The notes under the pieces: model-generated
Told to the model about the DNA's origin: nothing
Database searches by the model: none
The model's input: the letters and a program-made list of their open reading frames with translations, nothing else
NCBI RefSeq assembly: GCF_000142905.1
Contig: NW_013657621.1
Coordinates: 15,457 to 79,456 of the forward strand
Length of the DNA stretch: 64,000 nt
Origin: Thecamonas trahens ATCC 50062
Taxonomy: Eukaryota > Protista > Apusomonadida
Direction of reading: 5' to 3'
Shown: positions 44,001 through 55,400 of the stretch, one piece after another
Layout of the letters: each line of letters opens with the position of its first letter
Numbering within the stretch: the stretch's first letter is position 1
Program-made: the position numbers and the translations under genes

Positions 44001-45283
44001 TGGCGGCGGCGGACCTGAAGACGTACCCGGAGTTTGTGTCGCAGCTGGCGGAACCATACAAGAGCCATCCGCTGGTGCGACTGGCGGCATATCTGCGGAC
44101 GGTGCTCAAGTGCAACGCCGATCTGGACGGGCTGATGGCGTTCGAGGTGTGCGATGGGTTCGACTTTCCGCTCTTCTACAACGCGACGGGCAAGAGTGCG
44201 GCAAGCGGGGGCCTGGACACGTGGCAGACAATGGTGGTCCCGGGTACCTTCCTCAGCCTCGCAGAGATCAACGACCGTCTTGAGCGCGGGCTCGAGTTTA
44301 ACTGGTACGAGATCGGCGAGATGTGGGTCGCCGAGCCGCCGACCGACCACGCGGCGCTGCGGTCTGTGGCGTCCAACGCGACGTCCATGGCGACGATGCT
44401 ACAGGCGCTGCCGGCGGAGACCCTGGTGGACATGCTCAACGCCGACGATGCATCGTGCGACTTTCTGCTCAAGGTGGCGGGCGCGCTGTCAGCATGCAGC
44501 AACATGGAGGAGCCGCTGTACACGGCGGTGTGGGCTGCGATCCGGCGCTGGCCATTGGCCGACAAGACGCCGAGCGCAGTGGCAAGCGAGGTGTTCACCA
44601 CGATCGGGACCATCAGTACGGGCCTGCTCGGCCGATGCCTCACCTGGGCCGCAGTCCACGCGACGGCAATGACTGTGCCGGACCGGGCCAGCGACTGCAA
44701 CGAGCTCCTCGCGCGGTGCCTCATTCACAGCTCGGGACAGGTTGGGCTGGCGGCCGGCGAGAGCGACGAGGAGGCCGATGTGGTGGCAACGATGTGGGGC
44801 GGGCGGTTTGCACCGCTGCTGGGCGTTGCGCTGGCGATCGTGAGTGAGGAGATGATGCACGCGGCAGCGCTGCGGGCGGCTGTGTCGCAGCTTGTGGCGC
44901 GCGAGCAGGCGCCTGATCCGCGGTGGCCAGGGCTGGTTTGGACCGTCCACGGTATTGCCCACGGAAGTGGACCGCTTGCGGCGGCCGCCATCACACGCGC
45001 ATTTGTTGAGTGGGCCGCCGTGTTTGGCTCGGGCGCGCTGCCGGTGGCGATCCCGGCGGTGGCGACTGCGGTCTTTGCGCGCGCTGTCTCGCTCGAGTGG
45101 CAGGTGGCGAGGAGCATTCTAGATGCGGACGAGGGGACGGTGGCGCCCAACCCCAGAGTGATCCGCGGCGAGACGATCAAGCAGCTGCTGCACGTCGGGT
45201 GTCGCGCAGGCGACCGAGTGACCGGCGCGGCGTTTGCGCATCAGGCACACCGGGAGGCGGTTGCGTCGCTGGCCCGGGATTAA
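35067..45283 (+). CDS. Giant (~3400 aa) protein with a C-terminal AAA+/P-loop NTPase module; one frameshift at ~38447-38450
   Basis: ORFs 35067..38705 and 38702..45283 join by a -1 shift; the alternative frame is open and protein-like from ~38450 (NHPAQLSAALLAWAATIWLEDEL...). Walker A VIVLCSDPGTGKTT at ~43260-43300; Walker B VLVADEFD at ~43442-43465. Confidence 0.78.
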
Positions 45284-45401
45284 ACGTGAATCTGAAGACA
45301 ACAACAAAGCCCACGAAGACGCTGCGTACAACTGCCGCGACGACCGCTGCGACGACCGCAACGATCCTGACAGTGTAGTCGTGGAGGCGGCGACGTTGGG
45401 C

Positions 45402-45744
45402 GATGGTGATGGTGATGGGCATGGGCATGGGCATGGGCATGGTGATGGTGATGGTGATGGTGGTGGGCATGGGTATGGTGATGGTGATGGTGATGGTAGT
45501 GGGCATGGGCATGGTGATGGGCATGGTGATGGTGATGGTGATGGTGATGGTGGTGGGCATGGGCATGGTGATGTGCATGGTGATGGTCATGGTGATGGTC
45601 ATGGGCATGGGCATGGTGATGGTGATGGTGATGGTGGTGGGCATGGTGATGGTCATGGGCATGGGCATGGTGATGGTGATGGTGATGGTGGTGGACATGG
45701 GCATGGTGATGGTGATGGTGATGGTAGTGGGCATGGGCATGGTG
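45402..45744. repeat. (GGT/GAT/GGG/CAT)n triplet microsatellite running into an N-gap (45745-46257)
   Basis: ggtgatggtgatgggcatgggcat arrays. Confidence 0.93.
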
Positions 45745-46258
45745 NNNNNNNNNNNNNNNNNNNNNNNNNNNNNNNNNNNNNNNNNNNNNNNNNNNNNNNN
45801 NNNNNNNNNNNNNNNNNNNNNNNNNNNNNNNNNNNNNNNNNNNNNNNNNNNNNNNNNNNNNNNNNNNNNNNNNNNNNNNNNNNNNNNNNNNNNNNNNNNN
45901 NNNNNNNNNNNNNNNNNNNNNNNNNNNNNNNNNNNNNNNNNNNNNNNNNNNNNNNNNNNNNNNNNNNNNNNNNNNNNNNNNNNNNNNNNNNNNNNNNNNN
46001 NNNNNNNNNNNNNNNNNNNNNNNNNNNNNNNNNNNNNNNNNNNNNNNNNNNNNNNNNNNNNNNNNNNNNNNNNNNNNNNNNNNNNNNNNNNNNNNNNNNN
46101 NNNNNNNNNNNNNNNNNNNNNNNNNNNNNNNNNNNNNNNNNNNNNNNNNNNNNNNNNNNNNNNNNNNNNNNNNNNNNNNNNNNNNNNNNNNNNNNNNNNN
46201 NNNNNNNNNNNNNNNNNNNNNNNNNNNNNNNNNNNNNNNNNNNNNNNNNNNNNNNNNT

Positions 46259-47338
46259 TACTGCTCGCGCCCACCGGCGCACGTCAAGCTACTCGGCGAG
46301 CGCTACTCGCCCATGCGCGTGCGGGCGCGATCGTCGCTCTCGCCGCGCACCCGCGAGTCGGCCATCGAGCTGCTGCGGGCCATGTACCCGGACACCCCTC
46401 GCGGCGCCCTCGTCACCGTCGCCTACGACTTTCACGAGGGCATGCTCTTCCCAAACTCGATGCTTGCCCCGCAGCTCGACGCCGAGTACTGCGCAGCGCA
46501 GATTGAACCCGGCTACGTGGCGGCCATGGTTGCCGCCGCCACCGACAAGGCTCGTCTGCTCGGCGTCTTTGGCTACCTCCCGCCGGCCGGCCCGCACACC
46601 CACGACGATCTCGCGGCTCTGGAGGCACAGGCCGCGCACCCGGGATGGATCGCGCTCTACGACGTGTACAAGTCGTACTCGAGCCACGGCATCCCGCTCC
46701 CACAGGGCCTCCGCCCCGGCGACGGCGAGCTGCTCTCGCGCATGGCCTTCTTTGCTCTCGACTCGCTCCTCGCCCGCCCGCCGGTCCTCCGCCTCGCCAT
46801 GGGCCGCCTCGTCGGACACATTGCCGATGTACTCGAGGTCAAGGCCGGCCGGCCGCCGCGCGGCATGAGCCCGCTGCAAAGTGCTCAAATGGCCAAGGCC
46901 AAGCTTGTGGTTCTCTCCGGGCACGACACCACCATCGTCCCGCTGCTGCACATCCTCGGCCTCGACGCCCACCTCGACGCCTGGCCCGACTACGCCTCTG
47001 CCATCGTTCTCGAGCTGCACACCAACACCGCACCGTCGCGTGCCTATCCGGCTGCCCACTACGTCCACGTCATCTACAATCGCCACACCGCCGCCATCGT
47101 CGCCCTCGACGACCTCCTCTCCGCCCTTGACCCATTCCGCCTCGACTCGATCGAGCACCTGCACCAGGCCGAGGCCACCGCCGCCGCCGCCGCTGCCGAC
47201 GCAGGCCGTCCCGACGACCTTGCTGCTGTCGCCGCTCCAGGCACGCCGCCTACCCACTCGTGGCACCGCGACTTTAACCAGCCCGCCCTCGCGCACGTCC
47301 TCGCCAACGCCGCCACTGCCGCCGCCGCCACAGAGTAA
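46259..47338 (+). CDS. Histidine acid phosphatase (branch 2, ACP6/lysosomal-like), 5' part lost in the gap
   Basis: RARSSLSPRTRESAIELLRAMYP, LVVLSGHDTTIVPLL and WPDYASAIVLEL; the RHGxRxP motif is expected inside the gap. Confidence 0.85.
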   Translation, partial: YCSRPPAHVKLLGERYSPMRVRARSSLSPRTRESAIELLRAMYPDTPRGALVTVAYDFHEGMLFPNSMLAPQLDAEYCAAQIEPGYVAAMVAAATDKARLLGVFGYLPPAGPHTHDDLAALEAQAAHPGWIALYDVYKSYSSHGIPLPQGLRPGDGELLSRMAFFALDSLLARPPVLRLAMGRLVGHIADVLEVKAGRPPRGMSPLQSAQMAKAKLVVLSGHDTTIVPLLHILGLDAHLDAWPDYASAIVLELHTNTAPSRAYPAAHYVHVIYNRHTAAIVALDDLLSALDPFRLDSIEHLHQAEATAAAAAADAGRPDDLAAVAAPGTPPTHSWHRDFNQPALAHVLANAATAAAATE

Positions 47339-47350
47339 CCAATACCAGGC

Positions 47351-47884
47351 CTACGGCGCATCGCCGCCACCCTCAACATCACTCCCGTCACTGCTTCCGT
47401 CGCCTGTCGCCGAGGACGCCGAGTCGTCCGACGACGCTACCCACTCGGCCGGCGGGAGCACGTTGAGCATGGCCAGCAGCTCGCTGCGGGCCGCGTCGTC
47501 GGCGCGCGGCGTGCGCGCGGCGAGGTCGACCGGCCACTCGCCGTCGTCGTTGACCGCTCGCCGGCTCGCTCCAGCCCGCAGCAGCTCATGTACCGCCGCT
47601 ACATGTCCTCGCCACGCCGCCACATGCAGCGCCGTCTCACCGCGCCCGTCGCGACCATCGACAGCCACGCCGTCGGCGCCTGCCAGTGCCGCCACCACCG
47701 CCGCGTGCCCGCCCAGTGCCGCCGCGTGGAGCACCGTGCCCGCCAGTGGCGATGCCGCTTGCAACAGCGGTGCCCGCACTTTGTCCGGTAGCCCCAGAAC
47801 AAACGCCACAGTCGCCGTGTCGCCTGCAGACGCTGCCCGCAGCACAGCCGCGCCCGTGAGGTCGGTGGTCGCCGCGGGCTCCAT
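47351..47884 (-). CDS. Ankyrin-repeat protein
   Basis: GTVLHAAALGGH, GETALHVAAWRGHVAAVHELLRAGA and GEWPVDLA. Confidence 0.9.
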   Translation of the reverse strand: MEPAATTDLTGAAVLRAASAGDTATVAFVLGLPDKVRAPLLQAASPLAGTVLHAAALGGHAAVVAALAGADGVAVDGRDGRGETALHVAAWRGHVAAVHELLRAGASRRAVNDDGEWPVDLAARTPRADDAARSELLAMLNVLPPAEWVASSDDSASSATGDGSSDGSDVEGGGDAP

Positions 47885-48090
47885 TGACGTGGTGGAGTCT
47901 GTAGCGGCGTGTCTGAGGCCCTCAGAGCTGCTCTACAACAGACTAGACGTGTGCGCGATATGTAGAGGCGTATTGACGAGGCTCGGACGCCATGCAGCCT
48001 TGTGGAACTGGAGAACAAGGCGTCAGGGCGGTCTGCGAGCGCTAACCCGAAGACGCGGTGGAATAGAGGAGCATGAACCGCCATCTTACA

Positions 48091-48238
48091 AACGTAAAAA
48101 ATCATGAAGAATTGTGCTCCAAACAATAAATATATTCATTATACATGTATTTATTAAAAATTATTATGAAATCTATAAATTGTACCACACAGTTATATTA
48201 TCATATTATCATATTTCTATATTTCTATATATTTATTG
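48091..48238. other. AT-rich island
   Basis: About 150 bp dominated by A/T (e.g. atatttctatatttctatatatttatt) in an otherwise GC-rich window. Confidence 0.85.
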
Positions 48239-48490
48239 TCGGACCACTAGCGCTCATCGGATCGCCTTTTTCCTTTCCCTCTCCCCTCTCCGCGTCAACG
48301 ACCCCATACACACCACAACACAGTCTGCTACCCACCCACCGTTGCTATACTATGAGAAGCAGCACCGTTTGATCTACATGGCATTGTGCCTGGTCTGGCC
48401 CTGAAAAGCTGCCATGGCAAAGAAATTGCGACGGAATAACCGTCTCCCGACCCAGAGAGTTGCACCACACCAGCCGACGTACGCACTGCA

Positions 48491-51400
48491 CTACCCCTCC
48501 AGCTCCTTGGCCTCGTCGGCAGGCACAAAGTCTTGGTACAGCTGGAGCAGCCGGAGCTTCATGTCGATGTCCTCGATGTCGGCAAATTCGCGCTCGACAA
48601 CGGCAAAAACACCCGCTCGCGCTCGTTGAGCGTGGAAGTGGCGGTGAGTCCAGCCTGGGCGAGGCGACGGTCGGCAAGGATCATGCGCGCTTCAGCGACG
48701 ATGGCCTGTCCAACAAGGACAAGGCACGTGGCGACAACCACAAAAGCAACGGCGGCAAAGACGATGCGCGAGCCCTCGTTGGGAAACTTATCGACGTAGA
48801 AGCAGAGGCCAAAGAGGAGGAGGAACGAGACGGCGACATTGAGGCGTGTCTCGAGCGCGTTGTACACCTCGCGATAATACGGCCGCAGCTTGAGCTGCGC
48901 GAGCATACTGAGCTGGAAAATGAAGAGAAGAATCGAGATCTGGACAAGGAGCTGCGAGGAGAAGAAGAGCGCCACCACCACCACCAAAAGCCGCTTGCCC
49001 AGCAAGATGAGCTCGTAGAAAAAGAGCGGTCGCCGGTAGAGCATAAAGATGGTGCCATACCGCGCCAGCGTCGCCTCGTCGCGGACCCGGCCGCGGACTC
49101 GCTTCCAAAGCACAGTGGCGAGGAAGATAGGGAGCCCAACAACGTACAAGCCGGTTGCTAGCAGCGCTACAGGCAGCGTCGCCAGCCACTCAGAGTCCAC
49201 GCACTGGGTTCCGGGCGAGGCATCGAGGTAGAACTTACCGTCCGGAAACTGCGAGCAATCAAAGTACGAGAGCGTTGCCTGCGCCATGCCGATGTACATC
49301 ACGGGACCGACGACACACACCAGCCGCTCGGTTGAGAGCATGAGCAGCCGCCAGAGGCCAACGCTCGCCGCCCCACGCGTCTGCTGCACGTAGCCAGACA
49401 ACGGCGGGAGTGCAAACGCCAGACACACGCCGCACACATGCAGGAAGAGCCCGACCAGCGGGAGAGCCGCCGTGAGCAAAAACATCGAGTAAAACGACGT
49501 GATCGAGCACTCGGACGTCGCCACCTTGATGTCGATGTTGAGCAGTCGGAAGATGCCTAGCGTCCGTGAGACAGATTCTGGCCATCGGAGCGGAATCGAG
49601 GAGAGTACGCCGAGAATCTGCAGGAAAACAAGCCCCACAGAGATTGAGTGCGGAACCTTGCGCGCCCGCGACGTCGACACTCCTTCCGCAGTTACCTCCC
49701 AAGGGAAGACCGCAAGGTGGAAGATACCCGCGAGCACCCCGAGCGTGCCGAGAATGAGTACAGCTAGCGCCGAGCCAAACACTGCCGCAGACGACTTGGG
49801 GCACCTCACGCACCCGCCTGTCGCCAAGTTGACGTAGTACTCATCGGCACACTCGGAGCAGAGCACGCCGCTGTAGCCAACCGCACACCCGCCACCCGCA
49901 AGGCAAGCCGTGGCCCGCGGGCACTTGGCCAGCACCGTACCATCGCCATTGACATCAAAGTAGCCAGGGACCGCTCTCGGTCGGGCCAGGCCGCCCGAAC
50001 ACTCTCCGCCAGGCGGGCACGGCTCGCACTCCCACGGCACAGCGATTCGGCGCGCCCACGCACCCGGCACGCAGCTGCAGTTGGCGATTGTCGATGAGAA
50101 CGCCGGCGCGGTGGTCAGCAGGGGACACGGCGCACACCGCTCCGGTGAGCTGCCTGCACCGGCACCAGCAGGTGGCGCCTCGGTGTAGTCATCACCGAGG
50201 CAAAACGCACACGGACCAGTCCGCGGAAAAGTGGGCGGCAGATAGGCACCCGGCGCGGTGCACAGCGCGCCCGAAGAGAGCAGCGCCCACGCCGAGTATC
50301 CACCGCCAAACCCAGTCGACTCGGCCTTCACCGCCACCGCAAGCTGCTGCGACGGCGCAAGGCCGCTGAGCTCGAGGACTCGCTCCGTGCCGGTCGGATA
50401 CTCGACCGCGCTTGGTGCCGCCGCATCCAGATTGCTTGGCAGCGCACGGCCGTCCAACCCAAGCACACGCACTGTGTAGACAACTGTTGCGCCACCGAGC
50501 TCGTCCTCGTTCGACACCACATCCCATTCGACTACAACAGACGACGGCGTCACAGACTGTGCTCGCGGAGCATTGAGCTGCGCCGGCACACCATACACCA
50601 CCATGTCGACCGTGACAGCCCGCGCAGGCATGTACAGGAGAAACTCAACCGAGAACAGGCCTGGTGCCGGCGGCGTCATGGTCAACTCGCCGCGAGTCGC
50701 ATCCCACGACACCGGCATCGTCGCCAGCTCAACAGGCAAGTTGAGGCATCCAAAGGTCGGAAGCGACGATGGGCGCGGCGCGAGGCCAAGCGCGACCGTT
50801 ACGCTCGTCCCCAGCGTCAGCTGCACCGGGATGGGATCGCGTGCCACCTCGGGATACGTCAGCGAGCCCATGACAAGCCCGACCCGGTAGTCGGGCCCCT
50901 CAATGACTGAGACCAAAAAGCTCGGGTACGCCCCGGCCTCACCCGCAACCGCCCCAAACATCATGTAGCCTGCGAACGCATAGCGGACCTTGTTCGCCAC
51001 CGCAAGGACTGGCCACTGGCCGGGGTATCCCTTTCCGGAATTCGCCACAGCCACAGCGTTCGTTGCCGCGTCTGTGATGTTGACCTGGAGCCCAAAGAAG
51101 GTCTTCACCGTCGAGTCAGCAGCAAGGACTACCACACTGTCGGCCGCCACTACCATGGCCGCGTACACCTCGACCTTGGCCATCGTGATCGTCTCGAGCG
51201 ACCCACAGCCCAAAATCGCCGAATTGTCGTGGTTGCACAGCATGGCCTGCAACTGTAGCGACGAGGTGAGCGGGTGCGCGATGAGCATGATCTTGTTGTT
51301 CTCCATCGGGAGAAGCGAGAACCGCGCGGCTTCCCAACGCCCGACATGAAGCGTGGCGAGAAGACCAGGTTGTCCGGATCACTGGCGTCGACGACAGTGA

Positions 51401-52310
51401 TGTACACGTCTAGCGACGAGCTGATCTGGCTGAACGCATCAACATAGCCCATGGCAAAAATCGGGCTTCCGGCGACCACGCCGCGTGAGCTGGAGTAGTC
51501 ATCGAGCCGGGCAAGCCCAACTCCATACGCCGACTGCATCACCACACCCTCGACATCGAGGCTTGTTTCCGACGACGCCTTGATCACCGTGTCCGTCACC
51601 GGATCGTACCGCAGGAGCAAGAAGATCTCGTCGACATCGCCAACGCCGACAAACTCGTTGATGATTGCCAGCACGTCCCAGCCGCTCAGGTATGCAAGTG
51701 AGCCGACAGCGCCGAACAGCGAGGACGCAGGCGTGCCCGAGCCTGCGCGCCGGCCCTCGGCCAGCACCCGCGTCATTGGCCCCACAGAGAGCGAGGCCAC
51801 CGGCGGAAGCGCAGCAGGCCGATCTGGATTGACGCTGACATACGTCGAGAGGACTGTCACCAGCGCCGCGTCGTCGGACGCATTGCGGAACGCTATCATG
51901 AGCCTGCCATCAGGCAGCAGTGCAGAAGAAAAGAGAAAGAAGATCTCCGCCACCGGTACAGGCTCGGCGAGCAGCGCCACGGGCCCGCTGGGCGTCGTCG
52001 ACGTCCCGTCCGTCGTGTTGTCGTACCAGTACAGCGAGGCCTCCAGCCTCGACGGCACTGTTTTGGCGTCGGTGCTCACCAACGCGGTGACCAGCAGCAG
52101 GTGCGGCCGGACCTCCGTCGCCACGGCAAAGTCGCTGTGGAGGGTGGGGAAGGTGTCGGGGGCAGGCAGCGGCGTCGTCGGCATCAACCCACCGGTCTCG
52201 CACGTCGGCAGGTCATACAGCTGGTTTCCGTTGGCCATGGCGCCATTTGGTGCCACCACCGCCACCGCCGCCATCGCCAGCAGAACTCCCAGCAGCGCAG
52301 TCGGTAGCAT
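48491..52310 (-). CDS. Receptor-like protein: signal peptide, beta-rich ectodomain, FN3, Cys-rich repeats, multi-pass TM (frameshifts at ~51334 and 48605-48609)
   Basis: ORFs 51150..52310 and 48559..51306; FN3 motifs VTPSSVVVEW...LSGLAPSQQL; YGTIFMLYRRPLFFYELILLGKR. A -1 shift at the A5 run restores VFFAVVEREFADIED...ELEG*, matching paralog tails. Confidence 0.82.
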
Positions 52311-52474
52311 TCCGAAGGCGGGGGAGGGGGGGGGGGGAGAGGTGGAGGAGGCGGAGGAGGGGTTGTNNNNNNNNNNNNNNNNNNNNNNNNNNNNNNNNNN
52401 NNNNNNNNNNNNNNNNNNNNNNNNNNNNNNNNNNNNNNNNNNNNNNNNNNNNNNNNNNNNNNNNNNCCCATCTC

Positions 52475-55400
52475 ATGCCCTCCCTCCCCCTCCTCCTCGC
52501 ACTGGCGCTCGCCCTCGCCGCCACCGGCCCCGCCCCCGCCGCCGCCGTCGGCATGGCTCCGTCGACGACGACGGCCGGCCCCTGCCCCGCCGTGGCGCCG
52601 TACACGGAGCGGTACGCGCTGCCCTTCCCCGGCATGGACGGGGTCTACATGTTCCCGCTCTCACCGCTGTATACGCTCATCATGCACGTCCACCAAGACG
52701 TCGAGTCCGACCCTGCCTTCTTCTCGAGCGCTGCCCGCTTCTCGGTTGCCCTCCTCCACCGGCCGTACCGCGGCGCGCCGTGGACGGTCCACCCGTCCGC
52801 AGCGCCGCGCACGTTCCCTGTCCTCTATCTCAAGACGGCAGCATACGCGCCGCTTTCTGTGCCGTGGACGGCTGGCCTGCCTGCCGACAAGCTGCATCCG
52901 TGGCCTCTGGTGCCTCCGACCTCGCCGCCGGCTACCGCCGCCGTCTACCGCTTCATCATCTCGGGCGCTGAGGGCAACGACGACGATCCCGGCCGCGCCT
53001 CGGCTCGCATCCTGACCGTCGACTGCGGCGCAAACTCGGCCGCGCTCTGGCCGCTTCCCGGAGGTGCACCCACACCTATCGTGGGATGCAGCATGGCGCT
53101 TTCAGCGCCGACCTGGCTGGCGCCAAACCGCATGACGGGTCTCGGCAAGTTCATCATCACCACACCCGAGTCACGGGTTGCGTGCGCCTCACTCGACCAT
53201 GATCGCGCGATGTGCTTCATCTCGGCCGCGATTGAGCACGACGAGCTGGTCATCCGCCAGCTCATCGGCCGCGCCGTCCGCGTCTCCGGCACTGGCCTCA
53301 CGTCGACCGTCGCGGTCGACGGCGGCCTGTTCAATATCACTGACCCACTCGTGGGCTCTGAAGTCCACACACTGCGGGCTCTTCCAGCTTCGCCCAACGT
53401 TGCTGTGCTGTTGGCGTACAAGGCACCGCCAAACGAGCAAATCCAGTGGCACTCTGTGTACTCGCCGTCAGGCGCCATGACGCCGTCGACGGGGCCACCG
53501 CGCGGCGAGGCCACCTTCTCGTCCTCATTGGCTGCACTCTCGCCATCGACGATCGGTCCCTCGCTCGGCATCGAGTTGGTGTGGACCTCACACGCCCGCG
53601 ACACCGTTCTCGTTGCTTTTGGTGACGAGGACCGTCTCTGGGCCGCCACCGTGCTCACGTGCTCGGCCAACCCTGGAGCCAACTTTTCGCTCACGGCTTG
53701 TTCGCCGAAAAGCGAGCTCGAGATCGCCACCGCCGTCTCTCGCTTCCAGCTCACCAGCTACGCTTTTCTTACGCCGGCCGAGATGGCGGCAGCGGGCCCA
53801 GCGGTGGTCGACGGTATGGTCACGGCCTCGCTGGTGTCCTTCCTCGATCCCAACGGTGTCATTCTTGCGACTATCAATGCTTCATCGTCACACGTGGCCC
53901 CCTCGCTCTTCCGCGACGAGCCGACTTTTATCGCGGCCAACATCATCAACGAGGGTGTCGCTGTCCCGCTCTCGCTTGCCCCGCTCGAGTTTGCCTGGTT
54001 TGCCCGCGGCTCGGTGCCCGAGCTCGGCAACGAGGAAATCCATGATCGGTGGCCGATGGCGGGTACCCTTTTGGTCTCTAACCCGCAGCCGAGTCTCCCG
54101 TCACTGGAGACGCGCACACTGCCCCTCGGCCTCGCCGCGAGCATCGCCCTCCCGATTGGAGTCACGCTGCCTGACATGCCGGTCGCGGCGTGCGTCGACT
54201 CGGCGCCGGCTGGCACTAGCGTTGTTGTCGCGTTCGACCCAGACCTGCCGCTCGGGGAGCAAGCCACTGTGACAATCAACATACCACCACTCGCTGGCGG
54301 TAAGCTGCACAGCGTCCGCGTTCGAGTCATGTTTCCGGACGTGCTCATTGAGGTGCCTGTGTGGATTGAGCCGGCGCCGCGCGCGCTGTCGTCGCCTGTC
54401 TTAGTGCGAGAGATGCTCACGGCAACGTCGCTCACGTTCACGGCAAGCATTCCGCCCATCGAGCCGCTGCCGCCGACTTTGGGCTTCAACATGGCTAACT
54501 TTACCAACACCCACCGGATCACGTGCTTGCGCGGCTGACACCGTTTGTCAACGGGTCGACAGGCGCCGGTGTCCTCGAGGCGCTCATCCCGCTCGCCCAG
54601 GGCGCCACCCTCTTTAATGTCACCATCTCCGGCCTGGAGCCGGACACGCTGTACGTAGTGACCATGGCGCTGCATGCCGGTTCCGGCTATGGCCCGTTCT
54701 CGGCGGCGACCGAGGTCAAGACGCTCCCCGACTGCGCGCTTGGTACAGTGCCGTCGATCGATGACGAGGCGTGTGTCGCGTGCGAGGCCGGTGAGTACGG
54801 CGCACTCACACCCAGTGGCCTCCAAACCTGCCTCCGCTGCCCGGATACGGCTGTCTCGTCGCGTGGCGCTGCGAGCATGACAGACTGTATTTGCCCAGGC
54901 TCGGCCTTTTTGACAGCCAGCAAGTGCGTAGCATGTCCGCGCGGCGGTCTCTGCACCGCCGCGCTCGGCCCATACCCGTACCCCGCCCCAGGCTACTTTG
55001 ACGCCACGTCTGACCGATCCGTCTCCGAGTCCTCGGGCGTAGGCTACCAGTTTGTGGCGTGCCCGCTGCCCGAGGCGTGCCTAGGCGGGCGGGCGGGTTG
55101 CGCGGTTGGCTACACCGGATTTGCCTGCGCGCGGTGCGCCGACGGTTACTTTGTCACGCCGTCGCGAGAGTGCCGTACCTGCCCGCCGGGTGCGGGCGGG
55201 ACGGTCTTTGCAGTCATCTTGCTTGTTGTTGGCCTTGCGGCAGGCTACACGCTCCTCTCGTTCCTCGCCGCCACGTTTCCGTGGGAGCTGACTCTTGCGC
55301 GGCAGACCGGAGTCGGCGCAGAGGCGCAGTCGTATATGGTACGCCGGCTGCGGGCGCCGCCCTCGCTGCGGTTGACGGTTGTCACCATCCAGTGCGTGGG

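Noticed and set aside
45234-45744. His/Gly/Asp-rich metal-binding protein (GHGDG)n
   Set aside because: Stop-free microsatellite abutting a gap, similar to the one at 30640; no convincing start, so coding status cannot be supported.
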